Below, piece after piece: positions 53,883 through 64,000 of a DNA stretch of 64,000 bases. Every line of letters begins with the position of its first letter. The first letter of the stretch is position 1. The position numbers and the translations under genes are program-made. Below the pieces are notes generated by a model. The model saw only the letters and a list, made by a program, of their open reading frames with translations, searched no databases and was not told where the DNA came from. Source of the stretch: an uncultured Acidobacteriota bacterium (GTDB lineage: Bacteria > Acidobacteriota > Thermoanaerobaculia > UBA5066 > Gp7-AA6); assembly GCA_963725095.1 (NCBI GenBank), contig CAVRXJ010000007.1, forward strand, positions 36,331 to 100,330, given 5' to 3'.

Positions 53883-53940
53883 ATCCCCACCTCCTTCGAT
53901 GGCGACCGCGCCGAGGCAGGGCCCGAAGGCACGGCCCGCA

Positions 53941-54008
53941 GCGTTACAATTCCGGCCCAGCGGAATCTCCAGAACCGGTTCCGGATTCGTTCCGGATTCG
54001 TTCGGGGA
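53941..54008 (+). promoter_or_regulatory. Copy B of the conserved 68-nt promoter/leader element (TACAAT box + two TCCGGA palindromes 11 bp apart)
   Basis: GCGTTACAATTCC...TCTCCAGAACCGGTTCCGGATTCGTTCCGGATTCGTTCGGGGA, with TACAAT at 53945-53950 and TCCGGA at 53970-53975 and 53981-53986. It ends in the RBS GGGGAGG, 8 nt before the GTG at 54016. Confidence 0.5.
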
Positions 54009-54015
54009 GGCCGCG

Positions 54016-54693
54016 GTGCGGGTTCACTTCGGGGACTGCACGCTCGACTTCGACACGCGCGAGCTCTCGCGCGGCGGCAAGGCCGTGCACCTGGAGCCCA
54101 AGGCCTACCGGCTGCTGGAGCTGTTGCTCGACGGCGCGCCCGAAGGCCCTCTCGAAGGACGAGCTGCAGGACGCGCTCTGGCCCAAGACCTTCGTCTCGG
54201 AGACGAAGCCTCGCGCGCCTGGTCGAGGTGCTTCGTTCGAGCCTCGGCGATTCCGCCGAAGGAGCCGCAGCTGATCCGGACCGTCCACGGCTTCGGCTAC
54301 GCCTTCCGCGGCGAGGTGACGCCGGTGACGGCACGCGGCCGCGAGGCGCCCCGGCGGGCTCCGACTTCCACTGTCGGATCTCCTGGGGAGACCGGGAGAT
54401 CGCGCTCGCCGGCGGGGAGAACATCCTCGGCCGCGATCCGAGCGCCGTCGTCTGGATCGACCTCTCGAGCGTCTCGCGCCGGCACGCCCGGATCGTCGTC
54501 GGCGACGGCGAGGCGATGATCGAGGACCTCGGCAGCCGGAACGGGACCTACGTCGGCGGCGAGCGCATCTCGAAGCCGCGCACGGCTCGAAAACGGCGAC
54601 AAGATCAAGATCGGCGCCGCGTCGCTCCTGTTCCGGATGCTTTCGGCGGCCTCGGCTCGACCCAGTCGGAGATCTGCGGAGTCGTACGGCTGA
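54016..54693 (+). CDS. Transcriptional regulator: OmpR/CadC-type winged-helix DNA-binding domain fused to a C-terminal FHA domain; about 5 frame breaks
   Basis: wHTH: ..VHLEPKAYRLLELLLDGAP / ALSKDELQDALWPKTFVSET / SLARLVEVLRSSLGDSA / KEPQLIRTVHGFGYAFRG. FHA: ..REIALAGGENILGRDPSAVVWIDLSSVSRRHARIVVGDGEAMIEDLGSRNGTYVGGERI / LENGDKIKIGAASLLF. Breaks near 54137, 54205, 54257, 54352 and 54585. Stop at 54691-54693. Confidence 0.7.
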
Positions 54694-54707
54694 GAGCTGG
54701 CCCCGGC

Positions 54708-57279
54708 TCACAAGCTCCCGCAGACCGCCTTGAGCGCTCGCCTCGAGCGGCTGCGCGGCTGCGTCTTCGAAGAACTCGGCCCAGGGATCCTTCTTCGCCG
54801 AGCCGCTTGGCGAAGTTGCGATGTGGAAGTCGGACGGCTTCAGCGTCGGCTTCACCTCGGACCAGGACGAGCGGCGTCGAGACGGGCGCCTTCGGCGCGC
54901 GGCGGACGGAATAGGGCGACACGACGGTCTGCGCGAAGCCGTTGCGGAAGGGATCGAGGTACACGCGGCCCTTGCGCGCGGCGATGCGCGTCTCCATCGT
55001 CAGCTCCTTCGGGAAGGCCTGCGCGAGGCGGTGGCCGAGCCGGTCGGCGAACTCGCGGACCTCGTCGGAGTCGGGCCCGGGGCGGATCGGCACGAAGACG
55101 TGCAGGCCCTTCTTGCCCGACGTCTTCGGAAAGGAGGCGAGGTTCAAGGCGTCGAGCGCCTCCTTGACCTTGCAGGCCGGCGCGCGCCGCGTCGGCGAAC
55201 TGCCCGGAGTCCGGATCGAGGTCGAAGCAGACCCAGTCGGGCTTGCGCGGGCTCCGCCTTGCGGGCGTTCCAGACGTGGATCGCGATGCAGCCGAGGTTG
55301 ACCAGCGCGAGCTGTGTCGCGAGCAGGCCTCCGACGACGTAGTTGGTCGTTCCCTTCTCGTGCTTGATGCGCTGCGTCGGCGTGTCGGCCGGCATGCCGG
55401 GCGGTTTCTCCTTCTGGTAGAAGCACTCCCCCGCCATGCCGTCCGGGCAGCGCTCGAGCGAGAGGAGGCGGTCGTCCACGTACGGCTGGAGCTTCTCGAA
55501 GACCTCCATGTAGAAGCGCATCAGGTCGAGCTTCGTGTAGCCCTCTTCCGGCCAGAAGACCTTGTCGGGGTTGGAGATCTGGAGCGGGACCTCGGGCAGG
55601 CCGCCCGCCGGCCTTCCGGCGCGGGCTCACGCGGCTTCTCCGGCAGGAGGCACTCTCGCGGCTTCTTGTCGTCGCGCAGGCCGAGAAAGACCGGCTGCCG
55701 CAGCTTCTGGTCCGAGGTCCATTCCTGGAAGGAGACCTGCGCGACGAGCCGGGGCGCCAGCCAGGTCGCACCCTTGACCGCCGGCGCATCGGCGAAGGGC
55801 GGCGTCTTCCGCACGAGCGGACGGAAGGCGCGGTGGAGCGTCGCAAGCGTCTTCTCCGCGAAGCCGGTGCCGACACTTCCCGACGTAGACGAGCTTGCCG
55901 CGCGCGTAGGCGCCGAGCAGGAGCGCGCCGAAATGGGACCGCGATCCCGCGGGCGCGGTGTACCCGCCGATGACCAGCTCCTCTTCCTGGTGCACCTTGA
56001 CCTTGAGCCACTCCGTCGAGCGCCCTTCGCGGTACGGCGCGGCCGGGTTCTTCGCGACCATCCCCTCGAAGCCCTTCTTCCCGGCGAGCGCGAAGGCCTT
56101 CAACCCGTCGGCCGACAGCCGCCGCGAGGCGAAGAGGCGGTCCGTCGTGGCCGATCGCGGCCTCGAGGGCGGCCCGCCGGACCGGCAGGGGCTCGTCGCG
56201 CAGGTCCCTGCCGTCCCGGTAGAGGCAGTCGAAGACCGCGTAGACGACCGGCGCCTCGCCCTCCTGCAGGAGCTGGAACCGCGAGACCAGGTGCCGGTCG
56301 AAGGCCACGACCTCGCCGTCGAGCAGGAGCGCGCGGTCCTTCAGGGTCTCGACCGCCCGCGCCACGTCGGCGAAGCTCTCCGTGCGGTCCTTCCCGTTGC
56401 GCGAGAGCAGCGTCACGCGATCGCCCTCCTTGTAGGCCAGGATCCGGTAGCCGTCGTACTTCTCCTCGTAGACCCAGCCCGGCTTGTGGAACGGCTTCTC
56501 GACGAGGGTCGCGAGCATCGGTCCGGTGCGGAAGGGAACGCGGGCCGCCGTCCGCCGAGCCGTCACGACATGCCGCCCTTGCGCTTGCCCGAGTGCCAGA
56601 CGGCCTTCTTCCCGCCTCTTCCGGGCCGGGGCCGAGCAGCTCCGGGTTCTTCAGGATCTTCTTCAGGAGCGCCGGCGGATCGCCGTCGGCGGCCTTCTCG
56701 ACGTTGCCTCCCTCGTCCCGCGCGATCTCGATCAGGAGCCGGTCGGAGACGACCGAGCGCGGCGCGAGCTCCGTGACGTCCTCGCGTGCTCGCCCACTCG
56801 TCGCGGTGCTTGATCAGCAGCCAGGCCGGCTTGCTGTCGCCCTTGCGGCCGCGGGTGCGCACCAGCACCCAGGAACCGTGGAGCTTCTTGCCTTCCAGCG
56901 GAACTTCAGGTCTCCCTTCTTCAGGGACGTCGCGACGTCGGGGCTCTCCGGGGTCCACGTCCCGTTGTCCCAGATCATCACCGTGCCGCCGCCGTACTCG
57001 CCTTCCGGGATGATCCCCTCGAACTGGTTGTACTCGATCGGATGGTCCTCGACCTGCATCGCGAGGCGCTTGACGGCCGGGTCGTAGGACGGGCCCTTCG
57101 GAACCGCCCAGGACAGCATGACGCCGTTCCACTCGAGGCGGAAGTCGTAGTGGAGCGCCGTCGCGCGATGCTTCTGGACGACGAACGCGAGCGCGCGGCG
57201 CCGCGCCGGCGCAGCTTCTTTCCTTCGGGCTCCGGCGTCACGCCGAAGCGGCGCTTCCGGCGGTACTCCTCGAGGGGCA
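54708..57279 (-). CDS. ligD: Multidomain NHEJ DNA ligase LigD (phosphoesterase, ATP-dependent ligase, primase-polymerase); at least 8 frame breaks; 3' end uncertain (54708 or 54605)
   Basis: PE domain: [46 protein letters not shown]. Ligase motif I EEKYDGYR with the Lys codon at 56459-56461. ..[17 protein letters not shown].. Pol domain: ..[34 protein letters not shown]. The PE part may be a separate gene (GTGA junction at 56563-56566). Confidence 0.8.
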
Positions 57280-57315
57280 TGCGGCTCGACTTCTCCCTTA
57301 CACTGTTGCCCAACG

Positions 57316-59474
57316 ATGCGCGACATTCTGGCATGGGCCCTGACGGTCGAGGCCCTGGGTCTCGCCGCCCTCCCCCTCCTGCGTCTTTTTTTCGACAACC
57401 GGCGCGACGCGGCCCTCCTCTCCCGCCCGGTGGGCCTCGCCCTGGTGGCGTACGTCGCGTGGGCGCTGACGCTGCTGCCCAGGATCCCGTTCGAGCGGCG
57501 GCTGATCTTCTTCGCGCTGCTGGCGGTGTCCGCCGTGTCCTACGCGAATCCAGCGCAAGGCGCGGTCGGCCGGCGACCGGTCGCGCTTCTGGGGGCCTGA
57601 GGAATCGCGCGCGGCGGCATGGTTCTGGGGCGCCACGGCGGTCTTCCTCGTCATCCGGGCCGCCGTGCCCGAGATCGTGGGAGCCGAAAAGTTCATGGAT
57701 CTGGCCTTCTTCAACTCGATCGCGCGGCACGGGGCGATGCCGCCGCTCGACCCGTGGATGGCGGGCAAGACGATCAACTACTACTACTGGGGCTACCTCC
57801 TGGCGGCGACGCTCGCGAAGCTCGCCTCGGTGACGCCCTTCGTCTCCTACAACCTGGCCGTGGCGACCTTCGCCGGCTACACCTTCGTCGCGGCCGCGAG
57901 CCTCGGCCGGCGCCTTTCGGACGGCAGCCGCGCCGCGGCGATCGGCTCGGGGTTCGTGGCGGTGTTCGCGGGAAACGTCCAGGGAGCGCTCGATGCGATC
58001 CGGGCGCCCTTCGACAAGGGGTTCGACTACTGGCATGCCTCCCGCGTCATCGCCAACGGAGACACGATCAACGAGTTTCCGTTCTTCACGTTCTTTCACG
58101 CCGACCTGCACCCGCACCTGCTGGCCTTCCCGTACTACGTCGCCGTCTTCGTCTTCGCGCACCGGCTCTTCGAGGGCCGCGAGGACGGCGCCGAGGACGC
58201 CGGCGCGCGGCGCCGACGCAGCGCCTTCGCCTACCTCCTCTGCGCCTTCGTGGCCGGGAACGGCGATCGCGGCCAACAAGTGGAACACCCCGTCGATCGG
58301 AATCGCCCTGGCTCTGGCGGCGGCCTTTCGCCCGACCGGGGGGCGGAGCCTGCCGCGCATTCCCGCGCCTCGTGCGCGGCGGCCTCGCTCGGGGCGCTCT
58401 GCTTCCTCGCGGCTCTCGTCCTGTGGCTCCCCAACTCGCTCACCTATCAGCTCCCCAACAACGGCCTCGGGAAGACGACGCAGCAGTCGGGCCTCTTCGA
58501 GTTCCTCGGCGTGTGGGGGCTCTTCTTCGCGGTGGGCATCGCTGGCGCTCTGGCCCGCGCGGCCGGAAGACGAAGCCGCGCGCCGGCGCGGCGACCTCTT
58601 CCTCGCGGCCGCCGCCGGCGCGGCGCTGTTCGCCGGGTTCTTCCTGCGAAAGCCGGCCCTCCTGCCGCTCGTCTTTCTCGCGTTCCTCGCTCTGGCGCAG
58701 GCCGTCCGCGCTCTGCGCGCCGGGGAGCGGCGGCGACCCGTCCGGCCTCTTCGCCGCTCTGCTGCTGCTGCTGGCCCTCGGGATGATCGGCGGCTGCGAG
58801 TTCATCTACTTCAAGGACTCCTACGGGATGCAGCTCCAGCGCATGAACACGATCTTCAAGTTCTACCTGCAGGCCTGGCCGCTCTTCGGCGTCGCGGTCG
58901 TCGTCTTCGCGCAGCGCGCCTGGCGGGTTCCCGGGAGGCGGGCGCGCGCCGTGCGCCTGCTCGCCGGCGCCGCGGCCGCCGTCGCCCTGCTCTACCCGGT
59001 CAACGCCGCGGCCTCGCGCCTGCGCCAGCGCAGGGCGCGTTCTCGCTCGACGCGATGCCGGCGCTCGCCCGCCGCAGCGGCGCAGACGCCGCCGCCATCG
59101 TCTGGCTCGAAGAACAACGCCCCCGGCCGGCTCGGTCCTGCTCGAGGCGACCGGAAATCCCGTACCAGGAGCTCGCGCGCATCTCGTCGCACACGGGCCT
59201 GCCGACCGTCATGGGCTGGGCCAACCACGAAGGGCTCTGGCGGTCGAACGACGCCGAGGTCAACGTGCGCGCGGACCTGGTGCGCGGCTTCTACAGCACG
59301 GCCGACGAGGAGACCGCCCAGGAGATCGTCCGGAAATTCAACGTGAGCTACGTCATCCTCGGAGACCTCGAGCGCGCGACCCATCCCAACGCCGACCACA
59401 TCGCGAACTTCCTGTTCCTCGAGCCCGTCCTCAAGGGACCGACCACGGTCTTCAAGGTGCGCTCCGCGCCGTGA
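57316..59474 (+). CDS. Polytopic membrane protein of the DUF2298 / 'Chlor_Arch_YYY' family; at least 6 frame breaks
   Basis: ..[47 protein letters not shown].. carries the YYYxG motif that names the family (from memory). There are many TM segments. The soluble C-terminus is ..[18 protein letters not shown]...[12 protein letters not shown]... Confidence 0.7.
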
Positions 59475-60632
59475 AGATCTTGATGGTCCTGACCTACTAC
59501 CATCCCCACTGGACGGGGCTGACCGCGTACGCCAAGCGCCTGGCGGAGGGCCTCGCGGCGCGCGGGCATTCCGTCACGGTGCTCGCCTCGCGGCACGCGC
59601 CGGAGCTGCCGCGCGAAGAGGTGATCCAGGGGGTCCGGGTCGTCCGGCTGCCCGTCGCGGCGCGCCTGTCGCGGGGCGTCCTGATGCCGGGCTTCCCGGC
59701 CGCGCTCTGGCGCGAGATGCGCGCCGCCGATCTCGTGCAGATGCACACGCCGCTGCTCGAGGCGCCGCTCATCGCCGCGTACGGGAGGATGCTCCGCCGC
59801 CCCGTCGTCTTCACGCACCACGGCGACCTCGTCATGCCGGCCGGGCTCTTCAACCGCGTCGTCGAGGGCGTCGTCACGGCGCTGATGACCCAGGCGCTCC
59901 GGATGTCGACCCGAATCACCGTGCACAGCGCCGACTACGGGAAGAACTCGCCGTTCCTGTCTCCCTTCCTCCGCAAGCTCGATGCGATCTACCCCCCTTC
60001 CGACCTCCCCGCGCCCGACCCCGCCGCAGCCGCCGCGTGGAAGCGGGAGCTGCAGCTCGACGGCCGCCCCCTGGTGGGTTTTGCGGGACGCTGGGTCGAG
60101 GAAAAGGGGTTCGACTACCTGCTGCAGGCGATCCCCCGGGTCCTCGAGAAGGTCCCGCAGGCGCAGTTCGTCTACGCCGGGGAGCCGAACATCTTCTACG
60201 AGGACTTCTTCCGCCGGTGCCAGCCGCTGCTCGAGCCCGTTCGCCGCAACGTCGACCTTTCTCGGCCTGCTGACCGATCCGCAGAAGCTCGCCAACTTCT
60301 ACGGCGCTGTGCGACGTCTTCACGGTCGCGAGCCGGACGGACTGCTTCCCGAGCACGCAGGTCGAGGCGGTGCTCTCCGGCGCCCCGCTGGTGACGACGG
60401 ACATCCCGGGCGCCCGGGAAGTCGTGAAGGTCACGGGGATGGGCCTGCTCGTGCCCCCCGCGCGATCCGCAGGGGCTCGCGCGGCGGGATCGTGGACGTC
60501 CTCCAGGATCGCGCCCGCTACATCCGTCCGCCCGCCGAGATCCGAAGGATTTTCGACCGGGAGAAGAGCGTCACCGCATACGAAGAGCTGTTCCGGCGGC
60601 TGACGGCCGGCGCGGCGGCCGCCGCGGCCTGA
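59471..60632 (+). CDS. GT-B fold glycosyltransferase (family 4-like), about 3 frame breaks
   Basis: GTG 59471 overlaps the upstream stop. [38 protein letters not shown].. ..GFAGRWVEEKGFDYLLQA.. ..FTVASRTDCFPSTQVEAVLSGAPLVTTDIPGAREVV (E-x7-E-like region). Breaks near 60255, 60310 and 60465. Confidence 0.8.
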
Positions 60633-61459
60633 TGGGCCTCGACGGGGCGAAGCTCGAGCGGATGCTCCGCAACGAGGCGGACATGGCCGCGGCCCGCCGG
60701 ATGCGCGTCGTGCTCGAGTACCTCGACATCCGGCCGGGCGAACGCGTCCTCGATTGCGGGTGCGGGCTCGGCTGGTTCACGCACGTGCTGCGCGAGCTCC
60801 ACGACTGCCGCCTCGCCGCGACCGACACGGACCTGCCGCGGCTCGCCGTCGCGCGCCGGGAGACCCGCGCGGACGTCTCGGTCGCCGCGGCGGACATCCT
60901 CGCGCTCCCGTACGCCGACGCCTCCTTCGACAAGGTCGTGCTGTCGGAGGTGCTCGAGCACGTTCCGGACGACGAGGCGTCGCTTTCGGAAGTGCGGCGC
61001 GTCATGAAGCCGGGCGCGACGGTCGCGATCACCGTGCCCCATGCCGACTATCCGCCGCTCTGGGATCCGGTCAACTGGGCGCGCGAGCGCCTGGGCCGCG
61101 AGCCGATCCGCGAGGGCTTCTTCGGCGGGCTCTGGACCAACCACCTGCGCCTGTACCGCCGCCCGCAGCTGCTCGATCTCGTGCGCCGGTGCGGGCTGAC
61201 GCCCGTCGAAACACGCCAGCACGTGCACCACTGTTTCCCTTTCGCCCACAATCTCGTCTACGGCGTCGGGATGCGCCTGGTCCAGTCGGGGCTGCTCGCG
61301 GAGGAGGACCGGTTCCGCTACGACCGTCCGCCGGCGCCCGCGTGGAGTCCGATCGAGATCGGCCGGCGCGTTTTCCGCGCGATCGACCGCCGCAACGATC
61401 CGGTCTCCGACGAGGGCAAGACGGCCGTCATCCTGAGCGTCAAGGCGCGCCGCGACTGA
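60632..61459 (+). CDS. Class I SAM-dependent methyltransferase
   Basis: Intact 275-aa ORF. ATG 60632 overlaps the GT4 stop by one base (TGATG). Motif I ..RVLDCGCGLGWF.. and ..FDKVVLSEVLEHVPDD.. Confidence 0.85.
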   Translation: MGLDGAKLERMLRNEADMAAARRMRVVLEYLDIRPGERVLDCGCGLGWFTHVLRELHDCRLAATDTDLPRLAVARRETRADVSVAAADILALPYADASFDKVVLSEVLEHVPDDEASLSEVRRVMKPGATVAITVPHADYPPLWDPVNWARERLGREPIREGFFGGLWTNHLRLYRRPQLLDLVRRCGLTPVETRQHVHHCFPFAHNLVYGVGMRLVQSGLLAEEDRFRYDRPPAPAWSPIEIGRRVFRAIDRRNDPVSDEGKTAVILSVKARRD

Positions 61460-61571
61460 CGCCGCGCGGCGCCACCCGTCGCCGCGGGTTTCGCGTGCAG
61501 GACCCGCGTCATCCGGCTAAAATGGCCGGTATTCCGATCTTGAGAAACACGCCGCAAGCGCCCGACCCCTC

Positions 61572-64000
61572 GTGCCGGTGAGCCGCCGGCGAGCCCGGCT
61601 GCTTCTCGCCCTGATCCTTTCGGCCGGGGCGATCCTGCGCCTCCACGGCCTCGCGTGGGACGGGAGCCACCACCTCCATCCCGATGAGCGGTTCATCTCG
61701 ATGGTCGAGGAGAAGCTCGCCTTCCCGGGGAGCGTCTCCCAGTACTTCGACTCGGCCCGGTCGCCCCTGAATCCCTACAACCGCGACTTCGGCTCGTTCG
61801 TGTACGGCACGCTGCCGATCGTGCTGGCCAAGGCCGGCGGGATGCTCCTCCACAAGACCGGCTATGACGGGACATACCTGGTGGGCCGGGTCCTTTCGAC
61901 GCTCTTCGACCTGCTGACGGTCTTCCTCGTCTACCGGATCGCGCGGCGCTTCGCGGGCCGCGCCACGTCGCTCTACGCGGCGGCTCTGCTTTCCTTCTGC
62001 GCTTTCGCGATTCAACTGTCTCACTTCTGGACGGTGGACACCTTCCTGACGACGTTCACCGCGCTGGTCCTGCTCGGATCCGTGCGCATCGCGCAGGGCC
62101 GCGCGGGGTGGATCGAGGACGCGGGCATCGGCATTTGCCTCGGCCTCGCGGCGGCCTGCAAGATCACGGCGCTCGCCCTGCTGCTCCCGGTCGGCGTCGG
62201 CATCCTCGTGCGCGCGTTTCCGGGCCTGAAGGCCGGCCGCTCGCGCGGCCGGTGGCTCTTCTCGGCAGCCCTGCGCTTCGCCGTCGTCCTCGCCGCAACC
62301 GCGCTCGCCGTTCGCGTGGCGTTTCCCACCGCCTTCGCGGGACCGAGCCCGTTCTCCTTCCGGCTGGATCCGCGGTGGATCAAGGACCTGAAGAGCCTCG
62401 CGAACCTCGCCAACAGCGTCGCCGGGTTCCCTCCGAGCCTCCAGTGGGCCGGCCGCACGCTGCTCTTCCCGATCCGAAACTTCGTGCTGGACGGCGCCGG
62501 GCTGCTCTTCGGGATCGCGGCCTTCGCCTCCCTGATCTGGGCGCTCGCGACGTCCTGGACCCTGCGGCGGATGGCGCTCCTGCCGCATCGCCCTCCACAC
62601 CCTCTTCGTCTTCCTGTACCACGGCCTCGTCGCTCGTCAAGACGATGCGCTACTTCTACCCGGCGTATCCCGCGATGGCGGTCCTCGCGGCGCTGGGAAC
62701 GACCGCCCTCGCGCGCCGCGCCGCGCAGGGAGCGGCGTGGAGGCCCCTGCGCTTCGCACCCCACGCCGTGCTCGCCGGGACGGTCCTCTGGGCGCTCGCG
62801 TTCTCGGCGGTCTACGCGCGCCCGCACACGCGGATCGAGGCCTCGCGCTGGATCTACGAGGAGATCCCGCCGCGGGCGCGCATCGCCAACGAGTCGTGGG
62901 ACGACGGCCTGCCGTTCCCGATGCCGGGCCACGACAACCTGCTCTATTCGGGGCCGATGCTCGAGCTCTGGGGCCCGGACAACCGCGAGAAGGTCGGGCA
63001 GATCGTCAAGACCCTGGGCGAGACCGACTGGATCGCCGTCACGTCGGGCCGCGTGTACCGCAACATCACGCGGATTCCCTCGGTCTACCCGATGACGACG
63101 GCCTACTACCGCGCGCTCTTCGACGGACGCCTCGGCTTCGACCTGGCGGCCGACTTCACGTCGTATCCGTCGCTCGGGCCGCTCCGCTTCCCGGACGACT
63201 CGGCGGAGGAGCAGTTCACCGTCTACGACCACCCCCGCGTGCTCCTCTTCCGCAAGTCTCCGTCCTATTCGCCCGCGCGCGCCCAGAGCCTCCTGCTGGC
63301 GGCGCTCGATCGGCACGCCGCCGACCATCTGGGATTGGGAGAAGCAGCCGCGCTCGAAACGGCGCGTCGCATCGCCGGTCGTGCCGCCGCGAGGCGCAAG
63401 CGCGACCCGCGCCGCGGCCCCGCCCGCCGACGCGGAGAGGGGCTCGCTTTCCGCGGCGATCCTCTGGTACCTCGCTCTGGCTGCCGTCGGCGCAGCGGCC
63501 TTTCCGCTCTGCGCCATCTTTTTCTCGCGCCTTTCCGACCGCGGGATTCGGCTTCGCGCGCGTCGTGGGGCTCGTGCTCGCGACCTATCTGCTGAGCATC
63601 GGCGGTCGCACGCGGGGGGTTTCCGAACGGCCGCCGCGCGGCCGTTCTCGGCGCTGCTCCTGCTCGCGGCCGCCGGGGCCGCGGCGTACCTCTGGCGGCG
63701 GAAGGCCATCGGGGCGTTCCTTCGGGAGAACCGGCGCGCCCTCTGGCAGAGCGAGGCCGTGTTCGCCCTCGGGTTCGTCCTCTTCCTCGCTCCTGCGCGC
63801 CTTCAATCCGGAGATCACCTGGGGCGAGAAGCCCATGGACTTCTCGATCCTCAACATCCTCGTGCGGACGCGCACGCTGCCGCCTTCGGACCCCTGGTTC
63901 TCGGGCGCGCCGCTCGGCTACTACACGTTCGGCCAGGAAATGGTCGCCCTGCTCACCCTCGTCACCGGCCTGTCGACGCGGTACACGTTCAACCTGGCCT
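61572..64000 (+). CDS. Membrane protein: GT-C (PMT_2-like) N-terminal module plus soluble domain, followed from ~63450 by a second DUF2298-type module (fused or a separate gene); runs off the window; at least 4 frame breaks
   Basis: GTG 61572. ..LHGLAWDGSHHLHPDERFISMVEE.. and about 10 TM segments. ..WDDGLPFPMPGHDN..VTSGRVYRNITRIPSVYPMTTAYYRALFDG.. From ~63450, ..AAILWYLALAAVGAAAFPLCAIFFSRLSDRGFGFARVVGLVLATYLL.. and ..NPEITWGEKPMDFSILNILVRTRTLPPSDPWFSGAPLGYYTFGQ parallel the N-terminus of the 57316 gene. Confidence 0.6.

Overview
Very GC-rich bacterial chromosomal DNA (G+C not computed; by eye about two thirds or more). The gene content gives an Acidobacteriota-like impression, and no more than that: a CarboxypepD_reg-type TonB-dependent receptor, Ser/Thr kinases fused to TolB-like propellers or TPR arrays, LigD, a form-II cox-like cluster and secreted M14/M16 peptidases. 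I can support about 42 protein-coding genes, one gene remnant, one internally deleted gene, one coding tandem-repeat array and a few candidate regulatory sites. I found no rRNA, tRNA, CRISPR array, transposase, integrase or phage gene. Layout: E1beta fragment, then a coxG-S-L-M-D-E-xdhC cluster (to 7.8 kb) and a frame-broken hypothetical gene. Secreted M16/M16/M14 peptidase genes follow (9.7-15.4 kb), then a four-gene LiaF-like/LytTR two-component operon (15.4-18.7 kb, minus) and two tandem zinc-ribbon Ser/Thr kinase-TPR genes (18.8-25 kb). Next come a secreted hypothetical, one ~6.7-kb gene for a ~2,200-aa mosaic surface protein (26.6-33.3 kb, minus), and E2, GT-C, lipB, lipA, TonB-like and DUF72 genes (33.5-39.4 kb). 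After that: M20 amidase plus radical SAM, a TonB-dependent receptor, and two tandem Ser/Thr kinase-TolB-propeller genes (46.6-51.9 kb) followed by two secreted proteins and a wHTH-FHA regulator. The window ends with ligD and a DUF2298(YYY)-GT4-methyltransferase-GT-C/DUF2298 glycosylation-like cluster (57.3-64 kb). Major caveat: the sequence carries roughly a hundred apparent single-base frame breaks. Most CDS below are therefore merges of ORF-track fragments that I joined by reading the protein through the break. Gene ends are fairly reliable; internal break positions are approximate (+/-20 nt). Best candidates for something new: (1) the kinase/FHA-regulator neighbourhood, tied together by a shared 68-nt leader element with 11-bp-phased TCCGGA repeats; (2) the giant BNR+Kelch protein with a 16-unit N-P-N-I-T array; (3) the uncharacterised DUF2298 glycosylation-like cluster.
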